63,752 nucleotides of DNA from Aplysia californica (Eukaryota): positions 1,380,341 to 1,444,092 of the forward strand of contig NW_004797337.1 of the NCBI RefSeq assembly GCF_000002075.1, written 5' to 3'. Position 1 is the first letter of the stretch; the number at the start of each line of letters is the position of its first letter. Below the pieces are notes generated by a model. It had not been told where the DNA came from and searched no databases. It worked only from the letters and a program-made list of their open reading frames with translations. This document shows positions 51,401-63,752 of the stretch, piece after piece. The position numbers and the translations under genes were made by a program.

Positions 51401-52995
51401 TTTGTCATTGAAAACAAGTGTCCCTTCAGTGTCTTATTTGGTTTGTTATTCATGACCGAACCTTGTAGCATACTCCCACTGTGTGAAACAACAAACATAA
51501 ACGTAAGTATTCTCCAAATTATTACCTTTTAATTTTGCTGTAATTGTTGTTTGAGCATGCCAAATTTTTACACAAATTGTCCAGTTGTGTTGTTTATCTC
51601 AGATGGAAGAAAAAGAACTCTGTACTGCCCTCATCTTTTTAGAATGGGTTATTTGTATTGCAGTTTTTCTTTCATGGCCCCGAGTTTATTACAGTCTCAA
51701 AACTCTAAATGGTAGGCATTAAGTCGAATTACTATTAAAAATAAAATGAACAAATAAATTATATATTTCATACAGGGACATACATTAAATTGTTTCGGCA
51801 TTGGAGAGTCTCTGACTGTTAAATGTACTTGTACTTGAAAGACAGAAAGCAGAAATTGAGTGGGTGTTTGGTGTGTGCTTTGTTGTGGTTTGCTCCTTCT
51901 TTTCTATCAAACGTCTATTGTCCTTATCTCCCCTCCTTGATTTTTTTGTTTGTTACTCTCTTGTAACACCTCTCTAATCTTCGGCTCTTATATGACCTTA
52001 TTGTAATGCAAGTGCTGTAAAACTCTTACTGTGGATTATTGTTGGGTGCTCTGGCGTGGTTTGCTCCTTCTTTCTCATCAAACATCTATTGTTCTTATCT
52101 CCCCTCCTTTTTTGTGTTTGTTACTCTCTTGTAACACCTCTCTAATCTTAGGCGTTTATATGACCGCAATGTGTTGCAAGTGCTGTAAAACTCTTACTAA
52201 GGGGGCTCTCGTGGTCGAAAGGTTACAGGTGTGTACGCCTCTCATTTTAAAGGTCCCGGGTTCTAATCCTGACAGCGACGGAAAATTTTCTTCTCTAAAA
52301 TTTTCTCCTCTCCTTTCACCTTCTTTCCTGCTCTCTTACAATGGTCTGTCGTCTGCTTTCATCTCCACTTTCTGACCTCACCACCTCGCCTCCTTTGCCC
52401 CCTCATCTGGGCTTCTGACTCTTTTGCAGCCTTTTTACTGCTACTCCTTGGATCCTTCTTACTCCTGTTTTTCAGCCACACCCCCGATCTTATGGGAGGT
52501 AAGATCTAACAACTAGCCTTCTTGGATGAGGGCGAAAAATCTCGGAAGTCCCGTGTGCAAGCTGCTCTCATTGAAAATCCCTTGGTGGTCCAGAGTCAAT
52601 GAGAGTAGGCTTTGGCCGTCACCCAGGCAAAAATTCAAAATTCAAAATTGCTACAAAACTAAAAATGTTTAATTTATCCCCCGTGCTCATTTGACCTTAC
52701 ACAGTTGCGAGCACTATAAAACACTTGCCCCCGAAATAATCAGAAAAACAAAAAACTCGTACTAAAACAGAAATTGTTCCTTGTCCGTCCCCAGATTTTG
52801 CTGCCCGTGTCTGCCATGCATATGGCCATCAGCGTGTGTGGTGCTGCCCTCTTCTGCGTGTTCATCGTGATCGACACGCACCTGATCATGGCGAAGCTGT
52901 CGCCAGAGGAATACATTCTTGGGGCCATCAATCTCTACATGGACATCCTCAACCTCTTCCTCTACATTCTGCGCATCTTGGGCGAGAGGAAGTAA
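43303..52995 (+). CDS. TMBIM4: Protein lifeguard 4 / Golgi anti-apoptotic protein (BI-1 family), 251 aa, 7 exons
   Basis: Exons 43303-43444, 48200-48308, 48857-48962, 49415-49448, 49775-49892, 50642-50687, 52795-52995 (756 nt, in frame). Motifs [40 protein letters not shown] and [37 protein letters not shown]. Confidence 0.96.
43717..43784 (+). mobile_element. Probable Helitron 5' end, interrupted at 43785 by a copy of the 10342 element
   Basis: A|TCTATATTATAATAAAATTG start. 43785-43854 is nearly identical to 10342-10413. Confidence 0.55.
44782..45306 (-). mobile_element. Family A SINE
   Basis: Full length and more diverged. Imperfect TSD GAA(C/A)GATGAG. Confidence 0.85.
45443..45620. repeat. 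(TC)n / pyrimidine-rich low-complexity tract
   Basis: Seen directly. Confidence 0.85.
50043..50391 (-). mobile_element. CORE-SINE
   Basis: Same head, CORE domain and tail. Confidence 0.82.
51860..52200 (+). mobile_element. Two tandem copies of a ~170-bp headless retroposon (family B)
   Basis: GGGTGCTCTGG.GTGGTTTGCTCCTTC...TTGTAACACCTCTAATCTT...ATATGACCTTATTG...TGCAAGTGC.GTAAAACTCTTACT. Other copies at ~55-210, 3783-3935, 5385-5500, 21525-21715 and 23098-23272 (all minus), and 25255-25415 (plus). Confidence 0.75.
52201..52730 (+). mobile_element. Family A SINE (older copy)
   Basis: Begins GGGGCTCTCGTGGTCGAAAGGTTA. Colinear with the reverse complement of the other three copies through to the tail. 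Confidence 0.82.
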
Positions 52996-55406
52996 AAGAC
53001 TCTTGATGTCGAGATGTCTTGATGTCGAGATGAGAGCAGGGAGGCTGTTTCTCCCGGCTGAAAGTTTTCCAGAATTTCAAAAAGTAATAGAGCAAAGGCC
53101 CACGGTCTGTTTTGGGTGTTTCCGACTTTCTAAAGTTTTTGTAGTATGACCATCCATTTTGGCCTTGGTCTCTGTGATGTCGTCATCGTTTCTCTTTTGT
53201 TAGCAATTCAGTATACTCTGAAAGTCTTTCCAGGTGTCGGTAGCACCTGCTGAGAGAAGCTCAACGTACGTTGTACAGTGTCCATGCTGTGGTTGTGTTT
53301 GTTGTTACACCCATGAATGTGATAACTATTGTTCTAATTGCACCTTTTCATTTTCTTTCATGAAAGGAGATACATACTATACGTATTGTCCACAAGTTGT
53401 TCACATGTAATAAGCCCAACGTTTAGAATTTCATTTGGGTTTTATTGTAGTATCTTAATCTTTGGTATCGGTTGTAGGTGCTCAAGAAATATTTTGTACA
53501 AAGTTCAAATTATAACCATTGAAAAGATAAAGGCAGGAAAAGATAGATCAAGTAGATAAAATAGTTAAAAAATTGACTAGTTTTTTTCTCTCTCTTGAAA
53601 AATTTTGATTTCCAGGCTTATGACATTTGAACAGCTTGGCCATGATATGATTTAATTATTGATAATGTGTTAATGGTCCCCGGCGTAAATTGTCTGACTC
53701 TGAGAACTTTGCTCAACAGGACAGGATTTTTTTTGGGGGGGGTTTAGTAACATTGGTAGTTAACACAAACAGTGGGGATTAGTTGTGGGTCATAAGAACA
53801 CTTCATATGTTTTGGTTAGTGTCAAAGTCTGTGTATTACTCGAGAAAATATGGAAAAATCGAACCTCAGATGGCTTGGACTGAGAACTCATATTATTATA
53901 TATGTTGTATCTGTATTTATATATTTTTTTTCTGGGAAATGTAATGTTTCACTATAATTTTATCATGTTTAAGTTTAAGCAGATCTCATAAATAACTCAT
54001 TTGTTTTATTTTGCGAAAAACAGCCCAAAGCAAGTAACACCTTCTACCCGCTCTCAACATATCTCTAAATTACTGTCGAAAGACATTTTCTTTTGGATAC
54101 ACTAGAACTAGACCTTACAACACGTGGATGCTAGACCCCTTTTTACTGACAAGTATTTCACCTTGATGAAGTTTTCTCTGACATACTTCTGATGAAGCTG
54201 ATGATAGTTCGCCAACTGCACTCTAGATTCCTCCGAGATGCCCCTCTTTTTTGGGCACTTGTGAAATTTTGGCACCGTATGTGGCTCGTAATTGTTATCA
54301 CTCCACAAAAAAAAATTCCTTAAGTCCTTCTCCAAGACTTACGACACCTGTGAAAAAATGGACGCTACTTCGAAATTTGTCTGGCGTTCAGTCCATAAAG
54401 GACTCTGTGTTGGAGCACTCGCTGCTGACAAATTAGTGCAGGATTGGTTTGCATGGTAGCCAATGTCAGTAATTTTTCAGGTGAAAATGTCTCAACATCT
54501 AGACCAAAGCTGGACTAAAAATGGAACAAATTTCAAGTCCTACAAATTTTTTAAAAGCCTGTTGGCATCTTTGTTTCCTGCGGGTATCTTTGTTTCTTGC
54601 GGGTTTTTTGTCACATTACCATATGTCTATGGTTTTAAAAAAAAGTCAAACAACTGAAGACATCATAGATTTTTGTCAGTAGTTATGATTATGTTCAGGG
54701 TCTCATAATATTCAGTGCTTGGTTGAATAGGGGTGTTATTTGTTGATGTCATCTGTTAGAGGCTTGAGTGAAGAAGATGAGTTCTGACTTAAGACCTTAC
54801 TGGTGGCACAGTGGCTAACAGATTGTCATCTCTGTTGATGGGCTCCTTGTTGGAACTGTAAACCTTGTGGTTGGGAAACGTCTCATGTACCCAGGCTTAC
54901 CTTCTTCATTCTCTTTCGCTGTTTTCGGGATTTGGTGGTTGATCGGTAACTGCCGGCAAAGGATTTGACTCGGTTTTAGGACATTGTGTTATTTCATTTG
55001 GATTTTATATTTAATAATAGTTGTAATGAAGTGCATTTTTATAGCACCTACTCCCCTGGTGGGTAAAACAGGGTTTTTAAATTTTTCCCTGAAGGCAGGC
55101 AGTTGAAAGAAACTTCTGTGTGCCAGTAAAGATCTTTAATGTTTATACCACGACTAACACTGATGTACACGAAGAGAAAGGATCTATGGAAATAACGTAA
55201 GGTCTACTGTTTAACTCTGGAATGGAAAATATGAATTCTAGAGTAATGTAGAATTTGACATATATGTTGTTTGTTCACATGGACCTTAGAAATAAGCCAT
55301 GCAATACACAGTTTAAAAATTTTGTAAGTTAGAGGGGAAAAACGGTCATCCTGGCAATTTGTGTGTGTTTTTTTTCATTTGTGAATTTTCTTCTTTTCCT
55401 GCAAAG

Positions 55407-55690
55407 GTGGCGTCGTGGCCTAGTGGTTAGGCTACCGAACCCATAGTTGTAAGATTGAGGGTTCGAGCGTTAGCTCAGTTCGATATTGTTCCCTTGGGAA
55501 AGACGCTTTACCCGAACTTCCCATTTGGCTCGGTCCTTTTGGAGATGGACGTTAAACTCGGAGGTCCTGCCTCTGAAATAGGTTCATGGGGCGTTAAGCT
55601 TATACCATTTCACCATTGTTTTTTTTTTCTACAAAGACCAGCGACTTGGGTTTCTAAACTTCCTTCACTGAAAATTAAAACCATCATGGT
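55407..55690 (+). mobile_element. tRNA SINE with partial CORE followed by a Nin/Deu-like segment
   Basis: Head GTGGCGTCGTGGCCTAGTGGTTAGG and B box GGTTCGAG; then TGTTCCCTTGGGAAAGACGCTTTAC (CORE start); then GGTCCTTTTGGAGATGGACGTTAAACTCGGAGGTCC. The 3' boundary is approximate. Confidence 0.6.
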
Positions 55691-56791
55691 AGAAAACAGC
55701 GTAGTGTAGCACTATTAATGTTAAGTGATGAATGATTTTACTTTGAATTACTTTGCTTTTTATGTATATGTGGGTTATTATTTTTTTTGTTTTTTTGGGT
55801 TGCTTTTTCTTTGTAAAGGTCAGGCTTCCTCTATGGTCATGGTTTTTATGTTTTTATGATTAATGTGAACCCAGTGAGTCCACGGGTAGATTGCCATATA
55901 TATATATATATATATACATTGACTGCTTTGTATGTCAACGATCTGGATTTCCAGACAATTTAGCCTTTACGTTAGTTTTTCTTTTGCACATGTGGTTTTT
56001 AGATGGAAAGCTTCAAACAGCTGTAACATCTCTACAAATGAATGACCTGGTCAGCAGAGTGCTATTTCGGTCTCACATTTTTCCTACGGTGATGGTAATG
56101 AAATACATGTTGTGGCCTGTCTCTAGGTCCAGATCGAGAACAACAGTTAAAGCAAATATTGCAGGATGGCTTTCAAATATAATATGTGGACTGATACTGA
56201 TAACTCTAGAATCCAAGACTTTTGTTTTGAAATTAAATTACACGCCCAGTCTTGTTTTGTTCTTAATAGTGGCTAGTTCTTCATGCAGGAATTACTTTGT
56301 CATGAACAGGAAAAGTCCTCTGTGCTTTTCAGGAAAACTTAGGAAGGCTTGAACTTGACCAAAAAACAGGAAGATGCCCAAATTTTGACTGGCTTGTTGT
56401 CGTGCATTGAGCCAGACTGTTTTTCTCACTTTTATTTGTTTCCTTGCTGGAGTAAGGGGAAACAAATATGGTATATATGTCAAGTCAAATAACAACAGTC
56501 TTTGGTTGTAGAGTCTTTTCCCATACTCCATAGTGGGATTTTTAACATCCTTGTTCTTGTTATGATATGAGAACTTGAATAAAATTATATAAAAAATAAT
56601 TGTTTTGAAGGATGATTTTGTCTTATTGTTGTTTTCAGATTTTATGAAATCCCATGTTTGCTGAGTGTATTGTCTGCAGTGGATGTGGAGCGTGGACTTA
56701 CAGTATTATTATTGCTATTTCACTGTCGGGAAATGGCTTTCGAACTATTTGAATAATAATGATAATAATGATAATGCAGATAATTTCTATA

Positions 56792-57170
56792 GTCATCATC
56801 ATCATCTTTGCCTTTCTCATTCTGGATCAGGATATACATAGACCACGAACAAACACTCTCCACCTTTCCCTATCCTGGGCTAGTCGCTTGATGTCACTCC
56901 ACGTCTTCCCACTTTTCTGTACATCCATTTCTGTGACTCTTTTCCAGGTTCCACGTGGTCTTCCCCTTCATCTTTTACCCTGTGGGTTCCAATCTAACAC
57001 TTTTCTTGTGATGCAGCTGCTTAACTTACTGAAAGTGTGTCCAGTCCATCGCCAACGTCTTCTTCCCACCTCATCTCTGACTGGGATCTGTCTCGTTCTT
57101 CTTAATACTTCCTCGTTGGTGATCCTGTCTGTCCATTTGATCCTCAGTAGCTTCCACAAACACTTGTTTA
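56792..57170 (-). mobile_element. RTE-clade LINE 3' fragment
   Basis: KLLRIKWTDRITNEEVLRR...RRRWRWTGH...VLDWNPQGKR*RGRPRGTW...LAQDRERWR; (GAT)n tail. Confidence 0.88.
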
Positions 57171-57171
57171 A

Positions 57172-57545
57172 ATTTCTATAGTGCCCACTCTTAAACTATA
57201 CAGCTCTGTGAACGTTTTTGCATAGATTTTAAATTTTGCCTCCGAATTTATACTCGTATCCTGCATATGTTGTGGGAGAGAGTTCCAGATAGTTTGAGTT
57301 AGTTGAGAAAAGCGAATTTTTGACCACCCTGCCTTGGTGTACTCATAAAAAACTTGATCCTCCTAATCTTAGAGATCTTGGTAGAACATACATTTGAGTG
57401 ACGTTATTAAATACGAGGGGGCTTTAAAATTATTGTCAACACATTATGGCCATAAAGAACAACAATCTGTAAGTAATTCTAGCGATATGGTCGTTCTTCC
57501 TCTTTGTAAACATGATTCTTGCAGCTTGGTTTTGAAAGGGCTTTA
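57172..57545 (-). mobile_element. L2/CR1-group LINE 3' fragment
   Basis: FQNQAARIMFTKRKNDHI and IWNSLP-like remnants; tail GGGCACTATAGAAAT. Confidence 0.6.
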
Positions 57546-57712
57546 ATTTCAAAATGGTAATTTTCAATGGTAAATTGAATTCTTTTCGGAATGTGGCTGA
57601 CTGCAATGTTAACGTGCCAGTCACAGGAAGCTACTGGTGTAAGTTCTGCTCCTTTCCAGCACATTCTTTCATGATATATAATGTACTACATATTGTGCTT
57701 CAGTATTTGAAC

Positions 57713-57925
57713 TGGCGTTGAGTTTGTAACGGTCGGGTACATGTTTCGCTGTTGCAGGCAGGAGACCCGATTGGGGAGATCATTTTTATTGAGTACATTT
57801 GTATCCCGTTTTTTTTTAGCTGGGAAGTTGTATCCCTCTCAGGCTGGGTCGGCTCTGAGAGGCAGGGCAGGAAGTCCGCTTCCTAAGTGATCTAAATTGT
57901 GTCAATAGGCGCTCAAACTAAAAAA
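57713..57925 (+). mobile_element. SINE family C
   Basis: Shared body and tail blocks. Confidence 0.6.
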
Positions 57926-58029
57926 GGCCTACAATGATAAAAAGAATCGGCCTGTGGTCATGATTTTCTTCAACGCCAAGTAGTGTACGACGCTTATTGT
58001 TTTGGTTATTGTATTGTATGCTTGCAAGT

Positions 58030-58368
58030 TAATAATAATAATAAATAGCATTTGTATAGCGCATATCCCCGCTCAACAGCAGGCTCTATGTGCTTTACAC
58101 TGTATTATTACCCCAGCAGACCATAGAACACTCCGAAACATTCTCAGCTTCCCGGGAAGCATACAGTGCAAGCAGCTGATTAAGCGCTCAAACACTAACA
58201 AACTGACAAGATCTTTCGCTGTCTATAGCCGGGTACCCATTCCCACCTGGGTGAAGTGAGGAAAATTCGTGTAAAGTGCCTTTCCCAAGGACACAACGTC
58301 GGGCCCCTGGCGGGATTCGAACCCGCGACCTTACGGTTACGAGTCCGAGAGACTAACCACTAGGCCAC
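58030..58368 (-). mobile_element. CORE-SINE, near-identical to 22608-22955; a partial relative follows at ~58403-58590
   Basis: Colinear and highly similar. The ORF-track translations of the two copies are almost the same. Confidence 0.85.
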
Positions 58369-61300
58369 TGTATTGGTCATTGTCAGATAATGACAAACGA
58401 GCAATTATTATTACTCACGTTTTACAGAATGCCCTATGCGCTTTACAACTATGTGAATCATTATCCCAGCAGACCTTAGAATTAGAACACTCAGAAACAT
58501 TCTCGGCTTCCCGGGAAGCGTACAGTGCAAGGTGCAGATTACATGCCCGCGCTCAATCACTAATAAACTTACAAGATCTTAAGCTGACGCCAAGAAATAC
58601 TTTTTGTGATTAAAAATTCTTCACATGGTAATGAATATATATCGCTTCTTTAAATTTTCATTGGAGAATGGGTCTAGTGGGCTACAGAGTATTGAAACTG
58701 GCAAACGTGCTGGAATAACTCTGTATGTGGCGGAGATCAAGAAGAACAACTGAGAAAATGATTTTTATAAAGGAGAAACTTTTAAAAAAATGAAATAAAG
58801 ACAACTCTCTCACTTTCATAAAGAAATTCGGTTTATATTGGCATGTAACACCTTTCGATCGCATCAAAATACAAGAAAGTACAGAAGAACATACATTATT
58901 CACACATTGTAATCATTTTCAAACTCAAACACGCTTTACATGACAATGTCATACATTCTGGTCATCAATTGCTTTGAAGCGCAGATCTCTCAATATATAT
59001 ACATATATATAATATATATCCGAAAACGTACTGCATACACAAAACGTTGTGAGCGACACTAAACTTGAATCAAACTGAACTGAACCAAAATGTGATGTAC
59101 AGTTCTCTAATAATGCCTATTTCTATACGTACCCTAGAATTACAAAGTTCTATCTGCTCAGTACAATGTACCAAGTTTTGAAAAATTTGACGCCAAGAAT
59201 TTTGAGTTTCACAACATGCCAAGCTTTTTCGAATGCAATTCTTTGAATATCTTGATAACGACTCTGAATAATCTTACGATTTTGATAGAACAAAGAGAGC
59301 ATTAATTATTAATTTGGTTTCTAACCTCGTGGTCTTACTGTCCCCGTCGTTTTATGCAAGAAAAATGCTGAAATTATGCAAACTGATCCCCAAAAATGGG
59401 AAATTATGCGATTCTGTTAATTTTAACAAAGAATGATGAAGGAAAATAATAAGAAATTATACAAAAAATGATCAAATTTTGCTAAATTATGCGGGGTGCA
59501 TGAGACCACGGGGACAGGTCTTAGACTTTTTAGTAACTCAAAACAGCCAACACCACAATGTCAGATAGAATTTTATTGCAATTCTAAGGTAGCTTATTAA
59601 TGTGAAGTTATGTGAGTCTCCAGAATGATCTATACTGTAGGTCTACTGATAACGTACACTTTAATAATATTTTCTTATAATTTTTAACCAGAGCTATACC
59701 GGCGCTGTGCCACGTACATGTACATGTACAATATTTTGCTAGATGTTTGACTACAAGCTATGACAAGAAAACTTAAAGTTTACCTAAAGTTTACCGGCGC
59801 CTGTGCGTCACATCGGTTAGTGGTAGGCGCTTTGCAAATGCACACAGAAGACCCAAGCTCAATTTCGATTTGGGAGAATGTTTATCGAGTACATGCATAG
59901 ACCTATAATTAGGTATATGAGTACACGTATCTCCCTCGCTGTTCTGCTGAGTCGGAATCCGCTTAATCTAACTTGTGCCCATGGGGGTGTAAAACACATT
60001 AAAAAATAAAAACAAAACAAAGCAAACACCCCCAAAAGAAAAATAATAATAAAAAATGACATTGGAAAAGGGGGGGGGTAGATGGTTAAAATACACTTAT
60101 GAGTACATTACGTACGTATATATACATAATATGTATGATAGAAAGTTGACTTTAGAACCAAAAAACTCAGGCAGGCAGGATGGCAAGAGAAAGTGTTCTG
60201 TTCTTATGTAGAAAGATCCGAGAAGCAAAGTCCAATTCCTGGAAAAATTAATTGAAAGAAGAGAAATTGAAGCCAAATCCAGTGAAGTCTCGTGTAGGCC
60301 TATAATAATAATAATAATAATNNNNNNNNNNNNNNNNNNNNNNNNNNNNNNNNNNNNNNNNNNNNNNNNNNNNNNNNNNNNNNNNNNNNNNNNNNNNNNN
60401 NNNNNNNNNNNNNNNNNNNNNAATGATAATAATAATAATAACAATAATAATAATGTACACAAACGCAAACAAGCTATCATTTCATTTCGTTCGTGTCGTG
60501 GAGAAGTAAAGCAACAGACGGAAAGAATAAGTATAAGTTGAAGAAAAACCAAATAAACAAAAAGGGAAAGTAGTACATTATGTACATTTTGTACTTTTCT
60601 CCTTGTGCGTAGAGTTGCCACTGGCACTTTGGCATGTTGCCCTTGCTGTTTCAAACTGTCCCGGTTGTTCTGTCAAAGTTTTCCTGGCACTTTCATGACT
60701 TCATAGTCTTCTCGAGACACACCCAAAGCTTCATTCAATTTATACAAAGCAGTTACATTAGGTTGCAACAATCGTGACTAGATCTATAATACCCTACCAT
60801 TCTTAAGTATGCAAAAGCCTTCATCTTGTCTGCCAATTTACATGCAGTGTTCTCATTTCGGGAACTAGCTACAATTATGAGATGAGTCTTGGCGGCCGTA
60901 ATTCTAGAGAGAAGTTGACCATAATCTTAGAAGCTTACGAAGCATAATGCTCTAAAGCCAGACTGCAGACCACAAGATTACTTGATTAAGAGCAAGAGAG
61001 AAAATCTACTGGAGCCACCAAGTGGTGTTCTTTTGCTACCCTTTCGTATCAGCAAAGGTCAGATCTTGAGTCTGGGTTTTTAAATTTGAGTAAAGAAGTA
61101 AAGAGAAGCACATCGACCCAACAAAGGTCATTCAGTCAGTGCAAGGAAGAAGCAAGACAGATCGACAGAAACAACAGAGGGAGAGAAAAGAAGTAGGACC
61201 TATCAGCGGCATCGTCCAGCCACCCGCAAGGTCAGATCTACTATCTGTTCAGCAGTAAATTTCGATTACATATAAGGTCTACTTATTGCTATATGCAAGA

Positions 61301-61591
61301 TGACAGTATCATTAAGCTTCTTGTTTTAAATCTAGTTCCGTAGTCTACGCCGGGGGAACGATACAAGTCCAGTGGCAAACTGAAGACAGTTTTGTATAGA
61401 CTGTATTCTCACATATTATACAGTGTCTTCCAAAAGACACTTGAAAATGAAATCACCAAATCATCGTGCTACATTTTGTAGTTAAAGCCTTGCATTACCA
61501 GCTCATGCATCATACGGTACCATTTTAAAACTAATTAAATCCTACATCATCCGACACATTAACAATTCATCTATGTTGAGAGACACCCGAG

Positions 61592-62701
61592 AATGGTCAC
61601 TCAAAACTGACCTTTAGAAAATCAGGCTTGGCAAAATTGCGTGAAATCAAAGAAACGTATAATTGTCTTTGCGAGTGTATTGAGGAGCATCAATATTGAT
61701 AGAATGGAAATACATTACATATCCAATAAATGGATAATTTTGTATTGCAATAAACAATGTCACGATAGTTTCAAACAAGACGGAAAACAGAGCAATCACA
61801 AAAATACCCCGCAAAACTTGGACCTAACATTAAAAGTGTTCATTGTTATTTTGCTTAGGAGCCATTGGTTTTGTGTAGTGCACCAACCCTCTGAGAATCG
61901 ACTCTATTAAATTTTGGACATCAGTATTGTCATTTCATCCCAAAGGTCCCAGAAATTTGCAAACAAAGGTTCTGACTTTGGAGCAAAGTCGCGTTTCTTC
62001 AGCTGCTATTTCATGGTACATTGTACTTTACTCTTCACATACCTATAGGATTCATATGGGTGATATTTACTGGTGACCACTCCAACATTTATTTGATTTG
62101 GTTTTCCAAGAATTATCTAGAGGCATTGGCACTGTAAGACAGGTCTCTGCTATGCGTGGAGATGTTTACTTCAATGACACCACGATGAAAATAAGGGTAA
62201 GACATGACGTTCCAGCACTTGCGCTATGTAGTCCACTTAACCAAACCACCCGGTGATTCTCACGGGGGCGGTTTTGTTCATTGCACCCCAGACCGCCCAA
62301 AACCATGGCAGTTTCGAGGCCACTGTTCTTCACTGACAGATAATTATGTCCAAAATCTAACAAACACAGTCCATGTGCAAAAAGGGTTTCGTGCTCGACA
62401 CGAAACCATTACCTCCTAAACAAAAACAAAATCAGTACTAATAAGCACTTGTTAAGTTTATTGAGTCCAGTTTTTGTATGGTATTTGTTACTGCTATGTT
62501 TTCCAATCTGTTTGAAAATATCATCAGAATATGCTGTTCATTGCAGAAACAATATTCTCTTTTTATTTGATATTCAGTACGTGTCCATTCCACCAATTTT
62601 GATGCACTTCAATATACACGCGAAAACCTTTTGCGTGTCTCTGATTTCTCACAATTTTGCCAAGCCTGATTTTTAAAGATCACTTTTGAGTGACTACATA
62701 T
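61592..62701. mobile_element. ~1.1-kb non-autonomous DNA transposon with ~170-bp imperfect TIRs
   Basis: GTCACTCAAAA.TGA.CTTTA.AAAATCAGGCTTGGCAAAATTG at the left; its reverse complement at 62652-62694; similarity continues inward. Confidence 0.75.
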
Positions 62702-63752
62702 TGGGCGTTTCTTAACAAAGATGAACTATTAATGTGTCAGATGATGCAGAATTTATTCAGCAATAAATTGGTATGCTGCATGAGCTGATTGTGCAAGCCT
62801 ATAACACGATGATTGGGTGATTACATTTTAAAGTTTCTTTTGGACGCCACTATTATATTGTTCAAAGATTAAGGCCCCACCAAGCAGAATGTGAAAGCCA
62901 CGACAACAAGCAAGGAATCAGAAAAAAATGGTTATCTTGTAATAAACTGTGCAATGGAGTTCTTACAACACATTCGCCAAAAAGAAAAAAAGGAACGGTC
63001 TAGTATGGTTCTACGCCTTTCTGTTAGTACATGAATTGAAAATGTAAGACATTCAAATTATAACATAATAATATGTACATACGTCTATCTCCTATGGGAG
63101 CAAAAAAGTAGGCAGAGAGTCTTAAATTAAAACTCTTGTAAAACCCAGAGCAAAAACAGCGCGTAAAGTGAGCAATATAATGCAGTAAGTCCAGATGTAG
63201 TATATTTCAATCAATAAATTATAAAAATGAAAAAAAAAACGAACAAAAAAACAAACAAACGGATAAACAAACAGACAGACAAACAAACACAGCAGTCTGG
63301 CCGTTGAAAAAATATATATCACGACTATACTCTATACAAGACATTAATGGTCCCTTCAAAGAAGCTGACACTTATCTGATTTTGTGTAGAATGTCTTATT
63401 GCATGTAATGTAATAGGCCTACATATTATTATGTAATAGCATGATTGTTCAGGGTGAAGGCAGTTTGGCTGTACTCTGTTCAATTTCTAAATATCAGTCG
63501 TGTGTATTATTTTCAGGCCAGTGGGACCCGATTTTCAAGGAATAAAGTAATAAAGTAATACAAAATTTATATAACAGAAAAGTTAGCAGATGCTCGATTT
63601 CATATAAATGATAATAATACTAATAATGTTAATGACGATCACGAGAATGATGACGAAGATGATGAAGATGATGATGATAACGATGAAAGTGGTAATATCA
63701 ATATTATAATTAATAGTAATGATGATGATGTGATGATATAATAATTGTAATA

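Noticed and set aside
53001-53032. 16-bp tandem duplication after the TMBIM4 stop
   Set aside because: Real, but an ordinary slippage duplication with no sign of function.

Overview
Eukaryotic (animal) genomic DNA with spliceosomal introns and five assembly gaps (8786-9014, 15362-15461, 28828-29244, 43856-44650, 60322-60421). The SINE repertoire and the frequent CTAGATCTAG motifs suggest a gastropod mollusc, but this is inference. I reconstructed four intron-containing genes by hand, checking GT-AG sites and codon phase at every junction. They form two head-to-head pairs. First pair: a TMEM116-like 7TM gene (minus strand, runs off the left edge) and PIERCE1/C9orf116 (plus, 102 aa). Second pair: COG6 (minus, 19 exons, 637 aa) and TMBIM4/GAAP (plus, 7 exons, 251 aa). 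Introns and UTRs hold Nin/Deu-, CORE- and MESC-like tRNA SINEs, a headless ~170-bp retroposon family, RTE/Ingi/L2 LINE 3' ends, several MITEs, Helitron termini and a decayed pogo/PHD transposase. No novel protein-coding system is evident. The best leads are: TAGATCTA clusters at both bidirectional promoters; a family of asymmetric-ended, 9-bp-TSD elements; a length-neutral alternative splice option in TMEM116; a templated exon-fragment insertion in PIERCE1; an inverted SINE pair around TMBIM4 exons 2-6; and an apparently relocated COG6 intron. All family assignments come from my own motif recognition, not from database searches.
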